Assembly: GCA_958009085.1 (NCBI GenBank)
Contig: OY253688.1
Span: 310,001-374,000 of the forward strand
Direction of reading: 5' to 3'
Length of the DNA stretch: 64,000 nucleotides
Source of the DNA: Protoeuglena noctilucae
Taxonomy: Eukaryota
Of the stretch, positions 62,962 to 64,000 are shown one piece after another. The notes beneath the pieces were generated by a model. That model saw nothing but the letters and a program-made list of their open reading frames with translations, searched no databases and had not been told where the DNA came from. Both the position numbers and the translations under genes were made by a program. How positions within the stretch are numbered: the first letter of the stretch is position 1; each line of letters opens with the position of its first letter.

Positions 62962-63365
62962 CGCGTCAACACTGCACCCCAGCGCCATGCTCCAGCGACC
63001 TCGTGGGAACACACAACCAGTTACCCCGCACTCTGATGCTCACCCCGATCTCCTGGCAGTCGGGCACGCTTTGCTAAGCGCTCCTGATCGGACGAGGGGC
63101 GATGGCTGCATGGGGGCGCGCACTGATAATGGATGGGGCAGGCGGTGCTGGTACAGGGCACGCCCTTTCTAGAAGACAAGGATCAAATGGTGATGCGCAG
63201 ACCTGCTAGGTTTGGCGTGCCTCACGATCATTTTCAGCTCCTTTCTCTTGAGAGCCAGAGCCAGATTTGAGGGCTCCGACATTGCGCAAGAACCGCTGCG
63301 AGCCTGAACAGGTCGGGGACGAGGCGCAGCTGCGGCCAGATCTGGTTGCTGTCGCAGGGACTGTG

Positions 63366-64000
63366 ATGCAGCACGGACGGGTGCTCTCCCACGCCGCGGC
63401 TGCCGCGCGGGTGGAGGTGCCCACGGCAGCGCGCCATGCAGAGCGGCAGAGGTGCAGGGACTTTGCGCCATGCCGCGTCTGGCCGCGTCGCGTGAACCTT
63501 CGAGCCGACAGGAAACGCGCCGGGGTGGCGCTTGCGGCATCGCTGAACGGGGAGCCCGTCGATCTCAACAAGCTCCACTCCGCACTGAGCCGAGCCGTCG
63601 AGGCAGAGGACTACTCGCTCGCCGCAAGCATCCGCGACAGCATCAACAAGGCCATGAAAGCTCAAGGCATCGAGGACGGCCCCTCGGACTGGAAATCCAT
63701 TGGGATCCTGCCGTGGCTTGCAGACCGGTGCGGGGCAGCGCAGGCGCAGGGGAAGGACGGTGAAATCGGTGCGGCAGTGCAAGCAACGTAACTGTGGTTT
63801 CCGCTCGCAGGGTCGAGCAGCTGGGCTTCCGCCTCCCGACGCCCATCCAGAGGAGGTGATGACGAGGACAGTTGGGCCGGCCAGCTCTGCGCGCGACGCG
63901 ACCCATTTTGGATCCCTATGTTCCAGTGCAAAGCTCGTTTGTCCATGTCGTCGCGCCATCCTCCACGAAGACGTAGGCGGCGCGGGGGCGCACGGAGAGG
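63366..64000 (+). CDS. 5' part of a probable DEAD-box RNA helicase with an N-terminal UVR motif (runs off the window)
   Basis: 'LSRAVEAEDYSLAASIRD' (UVR) followed by the Q-motif-like 'WKSIGILPWLADR|VEQLGFRLPTPIQ'. Confidence 0.65.

Noticed and set aside
1..64000. Hundreds of long overlapping ORFs in the six-frame track
   Set aside because: Expected in very GC-rich DNA. Most are shadows of spliced genes and have Arg/Pro/Gly-rich noise composition.

Overview
This is gene-dense, GC-rich, intron-containing eukaryotic nuclear DNA, most consistent with a green alga (PSTALRE-type CDKB, CA1Pase-like, DUF1997 and At1g16080-like genes). The exact taxon cannot be fixed from the sequence. About 17 spliced protein genes are recognisable: MED16, EPL1, a SIRT2-like sirtuin, DUF1997, an IQ-motif protein, PDCD5, CA1Pase-like, a full-size ABCB, kinase plus beta-helix, F-box plus ankyrin, TMEM19/DUF92, CDKB1, a DUF151 nuclease, SSU72, a golgin-like protein, At1g16080-like and a partial DEAD-box helicase. 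The standout is a circularly permuted tRNA-Ser(CGA) gene at 45269-45356 (-), with the 3' half placed before the 5' half and the split at position 37/38. A degenerate second copy lies at 40441-40529 (+). The two copies form the outer tips of a ~745-bp inverted duplication. Between the arms lie a 335-nt foldback hairpin and nested (CAT)n-tailed insertions with 12-13 bp target-site duplications. The window also shows at least 11 GC-AG introns. All gene models were read by eye, so exon boundaries and starts are approximate.
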